From positions 1-64,000 of the IMG/VR virus record IMGVR_UViG_3300017763_000005: a stretch of DNA of 64,000 nucleotides. One strand, 5' to 3'. How positions within the stretch are numbered: the first letter of the stretch is position 1; each line of letters begins with the position of its first letter. The stretch is from a virus. The notes below the pieces were generated by a model. That model was given only the letters and a program-made list of their open reading frames with translations. It had not been told where the DNA came from and did no database searches. Both the position numbers and the translations under genes were made by a program. This document shows positions 1-9,503 of the stretch, piece after piece.

Positions 1-266
1 GATACTATGTCTTTCCTTTCAATGACAAGAGTGATCTTTTCATTCCCAGAAATTTTTAAGTAGTCTATAAGACCTATGGAATCGAGTATGAAAATTTTTA
101 TTGTAAGGCTACTATTATAGATTGACTCAATGATTTTGATATCTTTTACGATGTTTTTGATATTTACTACTAATCCGTTATTCGAATGAAACTCAGCTGT
201 CGTTACGCTATACGCTTTGGGTGACGCTGCCATCTCATTGACAGTAAGATTATATGATTTACTCAT
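1..266 (-). CDS. Partial CDS (runs off the window), probable baseplate hub/tail protein
   Basis: Manually translated MSKSYNLTVNEMAASPKAY..., open to the window edge; ATG overlaps the gp53 stop; position downstream of gp53. Confidence 0.6.
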   Translation of the reverse strand, partial: MSKSYNLTVNEMAASPKAYSVTTAEFHSNNGLVVNIKNIVKDIKIIESIYNSSLTIKIFILDSIGLIDYLKISGNEKITLVIERKDIV

Positions 267-1305
267 TGATGAGGGCTTCGAACTTTGTTACGAACTCATT
301 GATATACGCAGGATCGACATATCTTATAGAACTCTTCTTATCGTTTTCATCATTGACATGCTGACGATTTGATATATATGAAAGACCTAATGGATCGACT
401 CCTCCTACAATATGATTTGAATTTGTTACTGGTTTTTTAGCAGCTGGATTTATTATAGCCTTTGCTGTTCCGCCAGAGCCTCCTCCACCTGTGATAGATA
501 CTATTGGAGATGAAGTATAACCTGAGCCTTTGTCTGTAACTCTTATCGATATAATTTCTCCATTTGAAACAGTTGCAACAGCTGCTGCTCCTGAACCATT
601 GCCTGAAATTGTTATTGTAGGCGCTGAACTATATCCAGAACCGCCTGCAGTAACACTAATTCTTTCAATTCGAGTAGATGCATCTGTTTCGTAATAGTAA
701 TAAGGAGCTTCTGCATATTTGTATACATTATAGGTTGATACTGAATCTTCTGTTGTTTGACCAACGATCAATTCTGTTGTTGATTGTCCTAATGCTGATC
801 CAATGAATGCTCCACCTGTTACATTTTGTATGACTAATTGACTCATATCAATATTTTTTTGAACAAGAGTACCACGTGCGCCACTTGTTCCTCCTACAAG
901 AGTCTCTCCAAGTGAAAATCTCCCTGAAAGACTATTCCTATGTTCAGTAATCAGACCATCTGTATCACGTACAATCACTGGATTTGTTTCAATGACATAC
1001 CCTTCGTACTCTTTTTCTATGTAATCGAATAGGTCTTCTTGCGAAAGAGGCCATGAACGATAGCCGTCATGTAAGAAATCATTGACAACAAAGAGAGTCC
1101 AATAGTATTGTGAGGTACCATACAGTCTTCTTGATACAATATCAGGTCTTTCTCCATTTTTTATCTCATAGAATTTGTATGCTGAATAGTTATCGAGAAA
1201 TGACGGTAACGGACGAACAGATCGAAACAAATCGACCATGTTTTGTTTCACTCCAGTACGATTAAAGTCGTATTCTACTCTTGGAAACTGTTTGAAAAAT
1301 GACAT
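259..1305 (-). CDS. gp53: Baseplate wedge subunit gp53-like with Gly-rich insertion
   Basis: FFKQFPRVEYD start, YEIKNGERPDIVSRRLYG..YYWTLFVVN LysM-like motif, C-terminal ENDKKSSIRY. Confidence 0.85.
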   Translation of the reverse strand: MSFFKQFPRVEYDFNRTGVKQNMVDLFRSVRPLPSFLDNYSAYKFYEIKNGERPDIVSRRLYGTSQYYWTLFVVNDFLHDGYRSWPLSQEDLFDYIEKEYEGYVIETNPVIVRDTDGLITEHRNSLSGRFSLGETLVGGTSGARGTLVQKNIDMSQLVIQNVTGGAFIGSALGQSTTELIVGQTTEDSVSTYNVYKYAEAPYYYYETDASTRIERISVTAGGSGYSSAPTITISGNGSGAAAVATVSNGEIISIRVTDKGSGYTSSPIVSITGGGGSGGTAKAIINPAAKKPVTNSNHIVGGVDPLGLSYISNRQHVNDENDKKSSIRYVDPAYINEFVTKFEALINE

Positions 1306-1312
1306 ATTTTAT

Positions 1313-2137
1313 TTACTCCTGAAAAAATCCGTCGGCTTCTTCGATATCTTGATCATCTGGATAGAGATCTTGACGTACAAGTTGACGTTCTTCTTGAAAT
1401 GCAAGAGCTAATGATACTTCTACTGGAGCTCCTGTCCCTGTAAAGACTGCATTAGATGTTTCGTTGAATGTTGCTTGTAAAGAAGTTAAGTATGCTGGTT
1501 TTATTTTTGGCATATATGGACTTTCTTTTCCTTTTACGAAAAATTTTATTTTAAATAATGGAGGATATGATAAAGCAATTGATCCAGCTCTCTTTGGATA
1601 TAAAAATTTTCTGAACGTACGTTCAATTTTTTTAGCGATTTCTGTTTCTTCTTTAGATTCCGGAACTAATTTAAAATTAAATTCGAATGTTCTTACATTA
1701 GTTCCTTCAAATGCAACTCTTGTATATGGATTTGCTGCTATTCCCGATTTAAGAGCTCCGACTGCGCCGCCCTTAGCAATATCAAAGCCTGTAAGACCCG
1801 CAAGTGCATCTTTACCAATTAATCCTCCTGCTATCGCGTCAGCTTGAGTAAGCTCTCTCTTACCTGTCGCATCTCCTGTCGCAAATTTAAGTCCCGCTCC
1901 TACAAGTCCAGTATCTAAATTAGTATAGGTTGCTCCATCAGAGACAGCAATACCTATTGGCTGATAAAGAAATATATCAGTTGGAAATGGTCCATCTTTC
2001 TGAACTATTGTAAATTGTATACAAGGATGACCGTCGTCTACAAGAGATCTTAATGCACTTGGAAATACATACGTCTGTTGTTCTTGCTCTTCGTCTTCTT
2101 GTTCTTCGTTTTCTACATTTGTTTGGTCGTCAGCCAT
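1313..2137 (-). CDS. gp48: Baseplate tail tube cap gp48-like
   Basis: NPYTRVAFEGTNVRTFEFNFKLVPES..E and YPPLF motifs; synteny with gp53 and gp4. Confidence 0.8.
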   Translation of the reverse strand: MADDQTNVENEEQEDEEQEQQTYVFPSALRSLVDDGHPCIQFTIVQKDGPFPTDIFLYQPIGIAVSDGATYTNLDTGLVGAGLKFATGDATGKRELTQADAIAGGLIGKDALAGLTGFDIAKGGAVGALKSGIAANPYTRVAFEGTNVRTFEFNFKLVPESKEETEIAKKIERTFRKFLYPKRAGSIALSYPPLFKIKFFVKGKESPYMPKIKPAYLTSLQATFNETSNAVFTGTGAPVEVSLALAFQEERQLVRQDLYPDDQDIEEADGFFQE

Positions 2138-2149
2138 AGTATTTTCCTA

Positions 2150-2181
2150 TATAAATAAAATAAACTATAGAGTTATTTATA
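2150..2181. promoter_or_regulatory. Pair of opposed T4-type late promoters (TATAAATA) serving gp4 (+, 2150-2157) and gp48 (-, 2174-2181)
   Basis: Exact TATAAATA on each strand in the gp48/gp4 intergenic gap. Confidence 0.8.
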
Positions 2182-2621
2182 TGAGTTACAGTGGTAAATA
2201 CAAAATAAAGAAGCCTGAAAAGTATGCTGGCGATCCAAGTAAGGTAGTATACCGTTCTTTATGGGAAAGACAAGCATTCAAGTGGTGCGAAAATAATCCG
2301 AAAGTCAAAATGTGGAACTCAGAAGAAGTTGTTGTACCATATAAATCTACTCTTGATAAAAAATTACATCGATATTTTGTTGATTTATTAATACAAATGG
2401 ATGATAAAAAAACATATCTTATCGAAATCAAACCAAAAAATCAAACCGTTCCTCCTAAAAAACGTAGTCGTAAGACAAAAAAATATATTAATGAGGTAAT
2501 AACATATGCAAAAAACCAAGACAAATGGGAAGCTGCAAGTGAATTTGCTGAATATAAGGGATGGAAATTTCAGGTCTGGACAGAAGAAACTTTAAAAAAT
2601 CTAGGCATAAAGCTCCTATAA
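2181..2621 (+). CDS. gp4: Head completion protein gp4 (TnsA-like nuclease fold)
   Basis: YSGKY..KY.GDP..VVYRSLWER, HRYFVD, IEIKP motifs. Confidence 0.92.
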   Translation: MSYSGKYKIKKPEKYAGDPSKVVYRSLWERQAFKWCENNPKVKMWNSEEVVVPYKSTLDKKLHRYFVDLLIQMDDKKTYLIEIKPKNQTVPPKKRSRKTKKYINEVITYAKNQDKWEAASEFAEYKGWKFQVWTEETLKNLGIKLL

Positions 2622-2626
2622 AGTCT

Positions 2627-2634
2627 TATAAATA
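2627..2634 (+). promoter_or_regulatory. T4-type late promoter
   Basis: TATAAATA 8 nt upstream of the gp2 ATG. Confidence 0.75.
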
Positions 2635-2642
2635 CATATAAC

Positions 2643-3230
2643 ATGGCAAGTTTATTTGACACATTACAAGCAGGAGCTCAAAGAGCTGGCGTAACTGCAC
2701 GTACAAAAGAATCGCAAAAGTGGTTTAGAAAGAATGTAAAGAATTTAGCGATCAGTCGTAAAGGTTTATTAAAAGATGATGCATTAGAAAGAACATCACG
2801 TAATATTCGTGGTAATATGTATATGTATTTTTACGATCCAAAGTTTAAAGCTGATTTACCATACTACGATAGATTTCCGTTAACAATTATGGTTGATGGA
2901 GCTCCTGGTGGATTCTATGGATTAAATTTACATTACTTAAATTATAATGTAAGAGCTGCTTTTCTTGATGAGCTTATGGCATTAGGGCCAGCAAAAGCTA
3001 AAGAAAATTCACGGCTGACTAAATTAAGATATAATTTATTAACAGGTGTTAAAAAATATAAAGAATTTAAGCCATGTTTTAAACACTACTTAGGTAAACA
3101 TGTAGCATCTCAATTTGCAAGAGTACCAATGACGGATTGGGAGATTGCTATATTCTTACCAGTAGAACAATTTAGAAAGAAAGGTAAGACAGCCGTTTGG
3201 GCAGAAAGTCTTAAAATTGCGAGAAGCTAA
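2643..3230 (+). CDS. gp2: DNA end protector protein gp2
   Basis: YMYFYDPK..LPYYDRFPL, GLNLHYL, KPCFKHYL motifs. Confidence 0.93.
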   Translation: MASLFDTLQAGAQRAGVTARTKESQKWFRKNVKNLAISRKGLLKDDALERTSRNIRGNMYMYFYDPKFKADLPYYDRFPLTIMVDGAPGGFYGLNLHYLNYNVRAAFLDELMALGPAKAKENSRLTKLRYNLLTGVKKYKEFKPCFKHYLGKHVASQFARVPMTDWEIAIFLPVEQFRKKGKTAVWAESLKIARS

Positions 3231-3868
3231 TGTCAAGTATAGAAGATCTCAAATCAACAATCAGTAAAAAGGGTGGATTAGCAAAAGCTAATAGGTATAA
3301 TGTAATATTTACTCCACCAACTCAGTCATTGTTAAATTTAAATCCGCAAACTATTTTTAGTTCGTTGTTGTCTGGTAATTTTTCAGCTAAAAATTTAATT
3401 AATGATCCAAGAGATATATCAATTCTTTGCTCAGGTGCTGAACTTCCAGGCAGACAAATAGCTACTATTGATTATATTGCGCATCAACAATCAGTAAAAG
3501 TACCTTATACAGTTATAGATGATGAGGTCACATTAAAATTTTTAATAACTAATGATTACTACGTTAAAACTATGTTTGATAGTTGGTTAGACGTAGTGGT
3601 AAACCTTGAGAGTTATACCGTTGGTTATAAAAAAGAATCGACAGCTGATGTAATTATACAACAAGTCGATGAACAGAATACTCCGATATATGGTATAAAG
3701 CTTATAAATGCTTTTCCATCTACAGTATCGTCAGTAGCTTTGGGGAACGAGAATGAAAACTCGATCCAAGAACTAAGTGTAACAATGAGTTACGACAAAT
3801 ATATACCAGAAGGACCTATAAGTTCTACTGGTTCTGCTATTAGAGCGGCTTTAGATATATTTGGTTAA
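3230..3868 (+). CDS. gp54: Baseplate tail tube initiator gp54 (gp19-like fold)
   Basis: GGLAKANRY, LCSGAELPG, AFPSTVS motifs; synteny. Confidence 0.75.
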   Translation: MSSIEDLKSTISKKGGLAKANRYNVIFTPPTQSLLNLNPQTIFSSLLSGNFSAKNLINDPRDISILCSGAELPGRQIATIDYIAHQQSVKVPYTVIDDEVTLKFLITNDYYVKTMFDSWLDVVVNLESYTVGYKKESTADVIIQQVDEQNTPIYGIKLINAFPSTVSSVALGNENENSIQELSVTMSYDKYIPEGPISSTGSAIRAALDIFG

Positions 3869-3886
3869 TTAATATAGGAGAATATT

Positions 3887-4597
3887 ATGGCTTTGCCAAA
3901 ATTGAATGTTCCTAAGTATATGGTAACTTTACCGTCTACTAAGAAACAAATTAGTATGAGACCTTTTCTTGTTAAAGAAGAAAAGGTATTAATGGTTGCT
4001 TTAGAATCAAATGATATAGAGCAAATTAGTAACGCAGTAAGAAATATTATTTTAGATTGTTATGATTTAGATAATTTAGATGAGCTTACTGTATTTGATA
4101 TTGAGTACTTGTTCTTACAATTAAGAGCAAAATCTGTAGGAGAAAATATGAATCTACAGATTAAATGTGCTGAAGAAGATTGTGATAATATGACACCAAT
4201 CACTATTAATGTTGACGATATTGAGATAATAAATCAGAACCAAGATCGTGTAATAATATTAGATGAAGATAACGGTGTTGGAGTTGAGATGAAATATCCA
4301 TCATTAGAATTGATTAGCGGATTAGATTTTGAAAACGTAAGTCAAGTTGATGGTGTAATGGAACTCATCTTAAAATGTATTGATGGTATATTTGACAATG
4401 ATAATGTTTATGATTTAAAAAATGAATCAGAAGACGAAATCAAATCATTTATAGAAAGCTTAAATAATGAACAATTTAGAAAAGTTCAAAGCTTTTTTTT
4501 AGAAATACCAGCAGTATATTATAAGAGCTCATATGATTGTAAATGCGGTAAAACGCAAGAGGTTGAATTAAGAGGACTTAATAGTTTTTTTACATAA
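3887..4597 (+). CDS. gp26: Baseplate hub assembly protein gp26-like
   Basis: MALPKL..P.Y, RPFLVKEEK.L, FDIEYLFLQLRAKSVGE, C-terminal GLNSFF. Confidence 0.9.
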   Translation: MALPKLNVPKYMVTLPSTKKQISMRPFLVKEEKVLMVALESNDIEQISNAVRNIILDCYDLDNLDELTVFDIEYLFLQLRAKSVGENMNLQIKCAEEDCDNMTPITINVDDIEIINQNQDRVIILDEDNGVGVEMKYPSLELISGLDFENVSQVDGVMELILKCIDGIFDNDNVYDLKNESEDEIKSFIESLNNEQFRKVQSFFLEIPAVYYKSSYDCKCGKTQEVELRGLNSFFT

Positions 4598-4623
4598 GCC
4601 TCTCACATGATAGTTTGGCCAAT

Positions 4624-4791
4624 ATGTACCAAACTAACTTTGCTTTAATGCAACATCATGGCTATAGTTTAAGCGAACTAGAAAATATGATGCCGTGGGA
4701 GAGGGAGATATATTTATCCTTACTACAAGAGCACATTAAAGAAGAGAACGAAAAAATAACAACTATGAATAATAGAAGAAGGAGAAGATAA
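4624..4791 (+). CDS. gp51: Baseplate hub assembly catalyst gp51-like (not in ORF track; may be made as a -1 frameshift extension of gp26)
   Basis: Manual translation MYQTNFALMQHHGYSLSELENMMPWEREIYLSLLQEHIKEEN matches the short marine T4-like gp51 pattern. Confidence 0.85.
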   Translation: MYQTNFALMQHHGYSLSELENMMPWEREIYLSLLQEHIKEENEKITTMNNRRRRR

Positions 4792-5165
4792 TGGCTGATA
4801 CAGATAACAGCAGAAATGAAGTCGAAATCGATTTAGATAAGTACATGGCTATGATCGAAAAGCTTGATGAACAAGAAGATAAGATCAAAGACATGCAAGA
4901 AGAAGCTCGCAAGGCTAGGGATCAATTGTCCCCACCTAAGCGTAAATTCATGGACTTATTTTTAGACGATAATGATATCAATGAAAAAGCAATCATTGGT
5001 TTTATATCATTTTTTCTCATGACAGTGTTTGGAATTACTGATTTAGTAACGGCGCTTGTATGGGATATGGATTTAAAAGTTTCTGAAACAATATATACAT
5101 CATTTGTGGTAGTAACACTTGGTGCATTTGGTATATCAGAAGCTGGAAAAGCGTTTGGTAAATAA
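4791..5165 (+). CDS. Coiled-coil plus two-TM membrane protein
   Basis: Charged N-terminal helix, two hydrophobic segments, AGGAG RBS, TAATG coupling. Confidence 0.65.
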   Translation: MADTDNSRNEVEIDLDKYMAMIEKLDEQEDKIKDMQEEARKARDQLSPPKRKFMDLFLDDNDINEKAIIGFISFFLMTVFGITDLVTALVWDMDLKVSETIYTSFVVVTLGAFGISEAGKAFGK

Positions 5166-5181
5166 AAGATAAGGATCAATC

Positions 5182-7128
5182 ATGGCAGATGAACCAAAAA
5201 AACCTCTAGGAGAGAAAAACGATATACAAGATCTTATTGCATTAATGCAACAAAATAATAAGTCGCAAGGTGAAATAGAGAAAGATCAGAGAAATACTCG
5301 TAGGCATTTGTTAGAATTAAAAAATATGACAAAGACTTTATCAAGTCTTCAGGAACGTACTGCGTTCGGGTTTGAAAACTTTCAAGAAATGATTGATTCA
5401 AATAATCTTCAAGGTCAAGAAGATTCAAGAGAAAGAACAACTTTATTCCAAGAAATAAGAGATGAATTAAGAAATCTTCCAAAAGATACTGCACAAGCTA
5501 ATAGTGAAGAATCGCGTAAAGGTCGAGGTGGAGGATTAGGTAAGCTTGGTGGTATATTAGCTGGAGCAGGTATAGCTGCTGCTGGAATAGGAGTAGGTAT
5601 TGCAGCAGTTTTTTATACAGCTCCTAAGCTTATTGAAGCATTTGAAAAAATAGATGCTAAAAAAATAGCACAAAATGTTGAAACTCTTGTTGGTATTAAT
5701 CAAATGGTTGAAGATAAAGGTGGTAATTTACTTTTAGATGGTGGATCATTAGCTATTGCTATGACAGGCATAGGTGTAGGACTCTTAGCTCTTGGTATTG
5801 GATCAGCAACAAATGCTGCTGTTGATAAATTCTTAGAAGAAGGTTGGGCAGATAAAGTAGTCGATAACGTAACTACTCTTTTAAGTATTAGTCAATTACA
5901 GGGTGGATCTCTTAGTTTCTTAGGTCAGGGTGCGGGCTTTGGATTAGCAATGACTGGTATTGGATTAGGACTTGCGGCATTTGGTATAGGTAAAGCTACT
6001 GATGGCGTAGGAGGTGCTATTAATAAATTTGCAGCAGGAGATAATTTTGCTGAAAGAATTAAAAAAGAAGTTGAGACTCTACTCTCAATTGACATGTCAA
6101 ATGCTGATGGTAAAAAATTAGATTTTATAGCTACCATGTCATCTCTTGGACTTGGTTTAGTTGCATTTGCTATAGGTAAATCTGGATCAGGTGTTGCAGA
6201 GAGCGTAAACTTTTTTACAAGAGGTGATAATTTTGCAGCTGATATTAAAAAAGAAGTTGAAACACTCTTAGAAATACCAAACTTACCTGGCGTTGCTGGA
6301 GACACCGTTGGATTTTTAGCTGTTATGGGTGGCATATCAGCTGGTCTTGGAGCCTTTGCAGTTACTAAAGGAGCTGCAGGAGTTGCTGAATTCTTAAATC
6401 TCGGTGGTAATTTTGCTACAGGCATAAAAGAAGAAACCGATGTTTTATTAACTATAGGAGAGGGAGCAGATGAAGATCGATCTAAGAGAGCAGCTGCAGC
6501 TTTAGCTCATTTATCAGGTGGGTTAGCTCTCTTTGCAGGTAGCAAAGGTCTTGGAGCAATTGCAGGTCTAGGTGCTAGTGTTTTAGACTTTTTTACTGGT
6601 AATAAAAATCCTATTGATCAAGCAATAACTCTTGGCGAAAATGCAGATCAAGTTCAAGCTGGTGCAGACGCATTTATGACTTTTGCTGATGCATTGACTA
6701 AATTTACAAATGTAAGTCTTGATTTTGACGCAGAAAAATTAGCTGAAGAATTATATGAAGCAAGTAAAGTATTAGAACTTGCTCTAGTAGGTGGTTCTGA
6801 AGGCTTTATATTCAAAGAAGAGTTTGTTGGTCTTAATAATCTAGGCGGTGATATTGATCAAGCAGTAATTAATATTAATAAACTAAAAAATGCTCTTTCT
6901 TTAGATATAGAAGGTGGACCTACAATGACTATACCTTCAAAAATGGATGGATTAGTTGTTAATACTATGTCAGTAGAAAATGCTATATTAAAAATGGATG
7001 GACTAGACACAAGCGGAGCTAATACAAATGTAATCAGAGGTGGTGATCAAGTAAGAGGTGGAGATAGTTATGTATTTAATACTTCTTCAGCTAATGATTC
7101 TATAACTGAAGGTTTAGCTAACAGATAA
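5182..7128 (+). CDS. Tape-measure / baseplate hub gp29-like protein
   Basis: 648 aa, Gly/Ala-rich helical repeats (NFAERIKKEVETLL, NFAADIKKEVETLL, NFATGIKEETDVLL); follows gp26/gp51. Confidence 0.7.
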   Translation: MADEPKKPLGEKNDIQDLIALMQQNNKSQGEIEKDQRNTRRHLLELKNMTKTLSSLQERTAFGFENFQEMIDSNNLQGQEDSRERTTLFQEIRDELRNLPKDTAQANSEESRKGRGGGLGKLGGILAGAGIAAAGIGVGIAAVFYTAPKLIEAFEKIDAKKIAQNVETLVGINQMVEDKGGNLLLDGGSLAIAMTGIGVGLLALGIGSATNAAVDKFLEEGWADKVVDNVTTLLSISQLQGGSLSFLGQGAGFGLAMTGIGLGLAAFGIGKATDGVGGAINKFAAGDNFAERIKKEVETLLSIDMSNADGKKLDFIATMSSLGLGLVAFAIGKSGSGVAESVNFFTRGDNFAADIKKEVETLLEIPNLPGVAGDTVGFLAVMGGISAGLGAFAVTKGAAGVAEFLNLGGNFATGIKEETDVLLTIGEGADEDRSKRAAAALAHLSGGLALFAGSKGLGAIAGLGASVLDFFTGNKNPIDQAITLGENADQVQAGADAFMTFADALTKFTNVSLDFDAEKLAEELYEASKVLELALVGGSEGFIFKEEFVGLNNLGGDIDQAVININKLKNALSLDIEGGPTMTIPSKMDGLVVNTMSVENAILKMDGLDTSGANTNVIRGGDQVRGGDSYVFNTSSANDSITEGLANR

Positions 7129-7152
7129 AAAAAAGGGGACCATTCAGTCCCC
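7126..7152 (-). terminator. Intrinsic terminator between convergent tape measure and gp32
   Basis: AGGGGAC-cattca-GTCCCCT hairpin with an A-tract on the left (U-tract on - strand). Confidence 0.8.
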
Positions 7153-7170
7153 TCCGAAAATCAAATTTAA

Positions 7171-8079
7171 TTAACTTTCTTTAGCTAGTTTAGCAAAATA
7201 GCTTAATGTATCATCCTCTTCGGCTGAAGCAGCTGGAGCTGACTCGAAGTGGTTATCTTCTGCAGTCAATGCTGGAGCTGGAGTACTTGGCTCAGCTTGG
7301 AATGGATCAGCTTGTGGTGCATGACCAGCGCTTATTCCCAATACCTTATTGAGTTTCATACTTAATTCATCATAAGTTTTATAGTTTTCAGGCTTTAAGA
7401 AATCCTGTAAGCTATAGAGTTTGTCATAGACTTCAGTAAGTCTTGCTTCATCTCCACCGTGTAAGGCAGACGCAGTAGCAAATTCTGATTTGTCATAGTT
7501 GACCCACCCTTCTACTTTTCTGATTTTGATTTTGAAGTCAGCGCCTTCCCAGAAATCATAAGGATTTACTGGATCTTCATCAGCGAACTGAGGTTGCATG
7601 ACGTCCATAATCTTATCAAAGATCTTTTTACCAAACTTATAAAGGAATACCTTTCCTTCGTTTTGAGGATTGTCGGGATCAGAGACGACTAGCACATTAG
7701 ATACATAGTGCAATCTTCTTTTCCTTTCCCTAGCAAGAGCTTTATCTTCATCGCGACCAGAGTTCCAAAGTAAACCATTTGATTCGCTCACTGGATCTGG
7801 TTGTCCAATAGATGTTAAAGAGTTCTCGATGTACCATAAGCCAGTAGGGCCTTTGAACCCATGATCCCAGTACCTTACCCAAGGAAGATCTTCACCTTCT
7901 CTGGCTGGTAGGAATCTGACTACGGCATAACCGTTTCCTGCTTTATCTCTCGTCGGTTTCCAAAAACGATCGTCATCATACGAATTAGATTCTGTTTTTG
8001 CTGTTGATACCGCTTCTGCTGCTTTTACGAGTTTGTCGATTGACGAGCCTCGCATGCTCTTTAGATTTTCTAGTGACAT
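7171..8079 (-). CDS. gp32: Single-stranded DNA-binding protein gp32
   Basis: DDRFWKP..DKAGNGYAVVRFLPA, YKFGKKIFDKI, acidic tail DDTLSYFAKLA. Confidence 0.97.
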   Translation of the reverse strand: MSLENLKSMRGSSIDKLVKAAEAVSTAKTESNSYDDDRFWKPTRDKAGNGYAVVRFLPAREGEDLPWVRYWDHGFKGPTGLWYIENSLTSIGQPDPVSESNGLLWNSGRDEDKALARERKRRLHYVSNVLVVSDPDNPQNEGKVFLYKFGKKIFDKIMDVMQPQFADEDPVNPYDFWEGADFKIKIRKVEGWVNYDKSEFATASALHGGDEARLTEVYDKLYSLQDFLKPENYKTYDELSMKLNKVLGISAGHAPQADPFQAEPSTPAPALTAEDNHFESAPAASAEEDDTLSYFAKLAKES

Positions 8080-8134
8080 ATATTTCTCCTGTATTTACAC
8101 TGTATTACTGAATTATCCACTTTATACATAATAT

Positions 8135-8163
8135 ATTATACCACATTACGTGGCTTTTGTAAA
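8135..8163 (-). promoter_or_regulatory. Early sigma70-type promoter for gp32
   Basis: TTTACA-17 nt-TATAAT with extended TG. Confidence 0.75.
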
Positions 8164-8742
8164 GGTTTCTTTTAATAAATTTAAACATTTATCTCTATCA
8201 AACTTTACAAATGGTTTGTATTTCATAATCTTTCTATAGATGTCCGGCCAAATAATAGTGTCCGTAATCTTTTTGTTTTCACGTTCTACAAAACCAAGTA
8301 TTGAATCCAAGATGACGACTGTTTCCAGTACTATTTCTTCTTGCATCCAAAGCTTTATAATCAATGGATGATTGTTATCTTCTGCTTCTAAAAGAGAATC
8401 AAACGATACATCCATATCATTAAGTTTATTTATATCAGTTTGAAACTGATACGTTAAAGATTCCATAATTTTTTTATGGTCTCTATAATATCTTTCGCCA
8501 CCTTCATTAAGCATATCACCGACATACTTAACGTCGTTCTTAAAGTTAGCTATATAGAATTCTTTTAATTCATTCTCATATGTCTTTGCTAACTTGGCAA
8601 AAAAGAACTTATCCTTTCGTTTAAAGAATGATGTAGGCTTTACTGAAGTCTTAAAATGATATTTAATCGCATCATATCCATCTGTTTCAAAATGGAGTTT
8701 AAGCGCGTTATATAATTTGTAAGACTCAAAAGGATCATTCAT
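8146..8742 (-). CDS. gp59: Helicase loader gp59
   Basis: YKLYNALKLHF...YDAIKY, FFKRKDKFFFAKLA; gp33-gp59-gp32 synteny. Confidence 0.9.
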   Translation of the reverse strand: MNDPFESYKLYNALKLHFETDGYDAIKYHFKTSVKPTSFFKRKDKFFFAKLAKTYENELKEFYIANFKNDVKYVGDMLNEGGERYYRDHKKIMESLTYQFQTDINKLNDMDVSFDSLLEAEDNNHPLIIKLWMQEEIVLETVVILDSILGFVERENKKITDTIIWPDIYRKIMKYKPFVKFDRDKCLNLLKETFTKAT

Positions 8743-8999
8743 AAAGGTAATTTATTAGTCCTTTTGATTTTAATAAGATTTAAGCTTGCTGCTTCTTCTT
8801 CAATCTTTTGTTTAAGAGAATCAGTAAGCAGCTTTTTCATATTCTTATAATCCATAGCTCTTTCTTCAACAACATAAGATGCTGCATCGATGTATGACAT
8901 ATTATTATTAGCTACAAGATGCTCAACAGCTGCTGAGAATCTCTTCTTAGTCATGATCTTTTGATCTAATGGATTATCCGACAAAGTCTTCTCCTTCAT
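8739..8999 (-). CDS. gp33: Late transcription coactivator gp33
   Basis: FSAAVE...SYIDA...SLKQKIEEEA..LNLI; synteny. Confidence 0.85.
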   Translation of the reverse strand: MKEKTLSDNPLDQKIMTKKRFSAAVEHLVANNNMSYIDAASYVVEERAMDYKNMKKLLTDSLKQKIEEEAASLNLIKIKRTNKLPL

Positions 9000-9495
9000 C
9001 CCATGCGCATCCAGTTAAGCCACCAGCTTGTAAACCTTTTAAGGTTCTTAAAACTTCATTATGGTTTCTACCTGTATCCAAAGCGTTTACCGATACGTGT
9101 TGTACTGTTCTATCTCTATCAAAGATAAACGTAGCTCTGTATGGTACACCTTCTTCTTCATTAACAATACCAAGTTTATGACTTAAACCAAGTCCACAAT
9201 CAGCTGCAAGAGTATGCTGGATATTACCAATCAATTGATTGTCTTCTTTCCACGCTAACTTACAAAACTCATTGTCTCCACTGATACCAATTACATTTGC
9301 ATGATCTACTAGGTTATCAAAACCTGCGATCTCTGTTGGACAGATAAATGTAAAGTCCTTTGGATAGAAGTAGACTATTGACCAATCATGTTTGAGTGGT
9401 GTATAACCTTCTTCAACCGTTACTCTCACAAATTCATTTTTTTCGTTAATTCCTTGCAGTGAGAATGCAGGGAACTTATCTCCTACTGATAACAT
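8974..9495 (-). CDS. ahpC: 2-Cys peroxiredoxin (AhpC)
   Basis: YFYPKDFTFICPTE peroxidatic motif, GRN..EVLR, C-terminal CAW. Confidence 0.95.
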   Translation of the reverse strand: MLSVGDKFPAFSLQGINEKNEFVRVTVEEGYTPLKHDWSIVYFYPKDFTFICPTEIAGFDNLVDHANVIGISGDNEFCKLAWKEDNQLIGNIQHTLAADCGLGLSHKLGIVNEEEGVPYRATFIFDRDRTVQHVSVNALDTGRNHNEVLRTLKGLQAGGLTGCAWDEGEDFVG

Positions 9496-9503
9496 ATTTC
9501 CTC

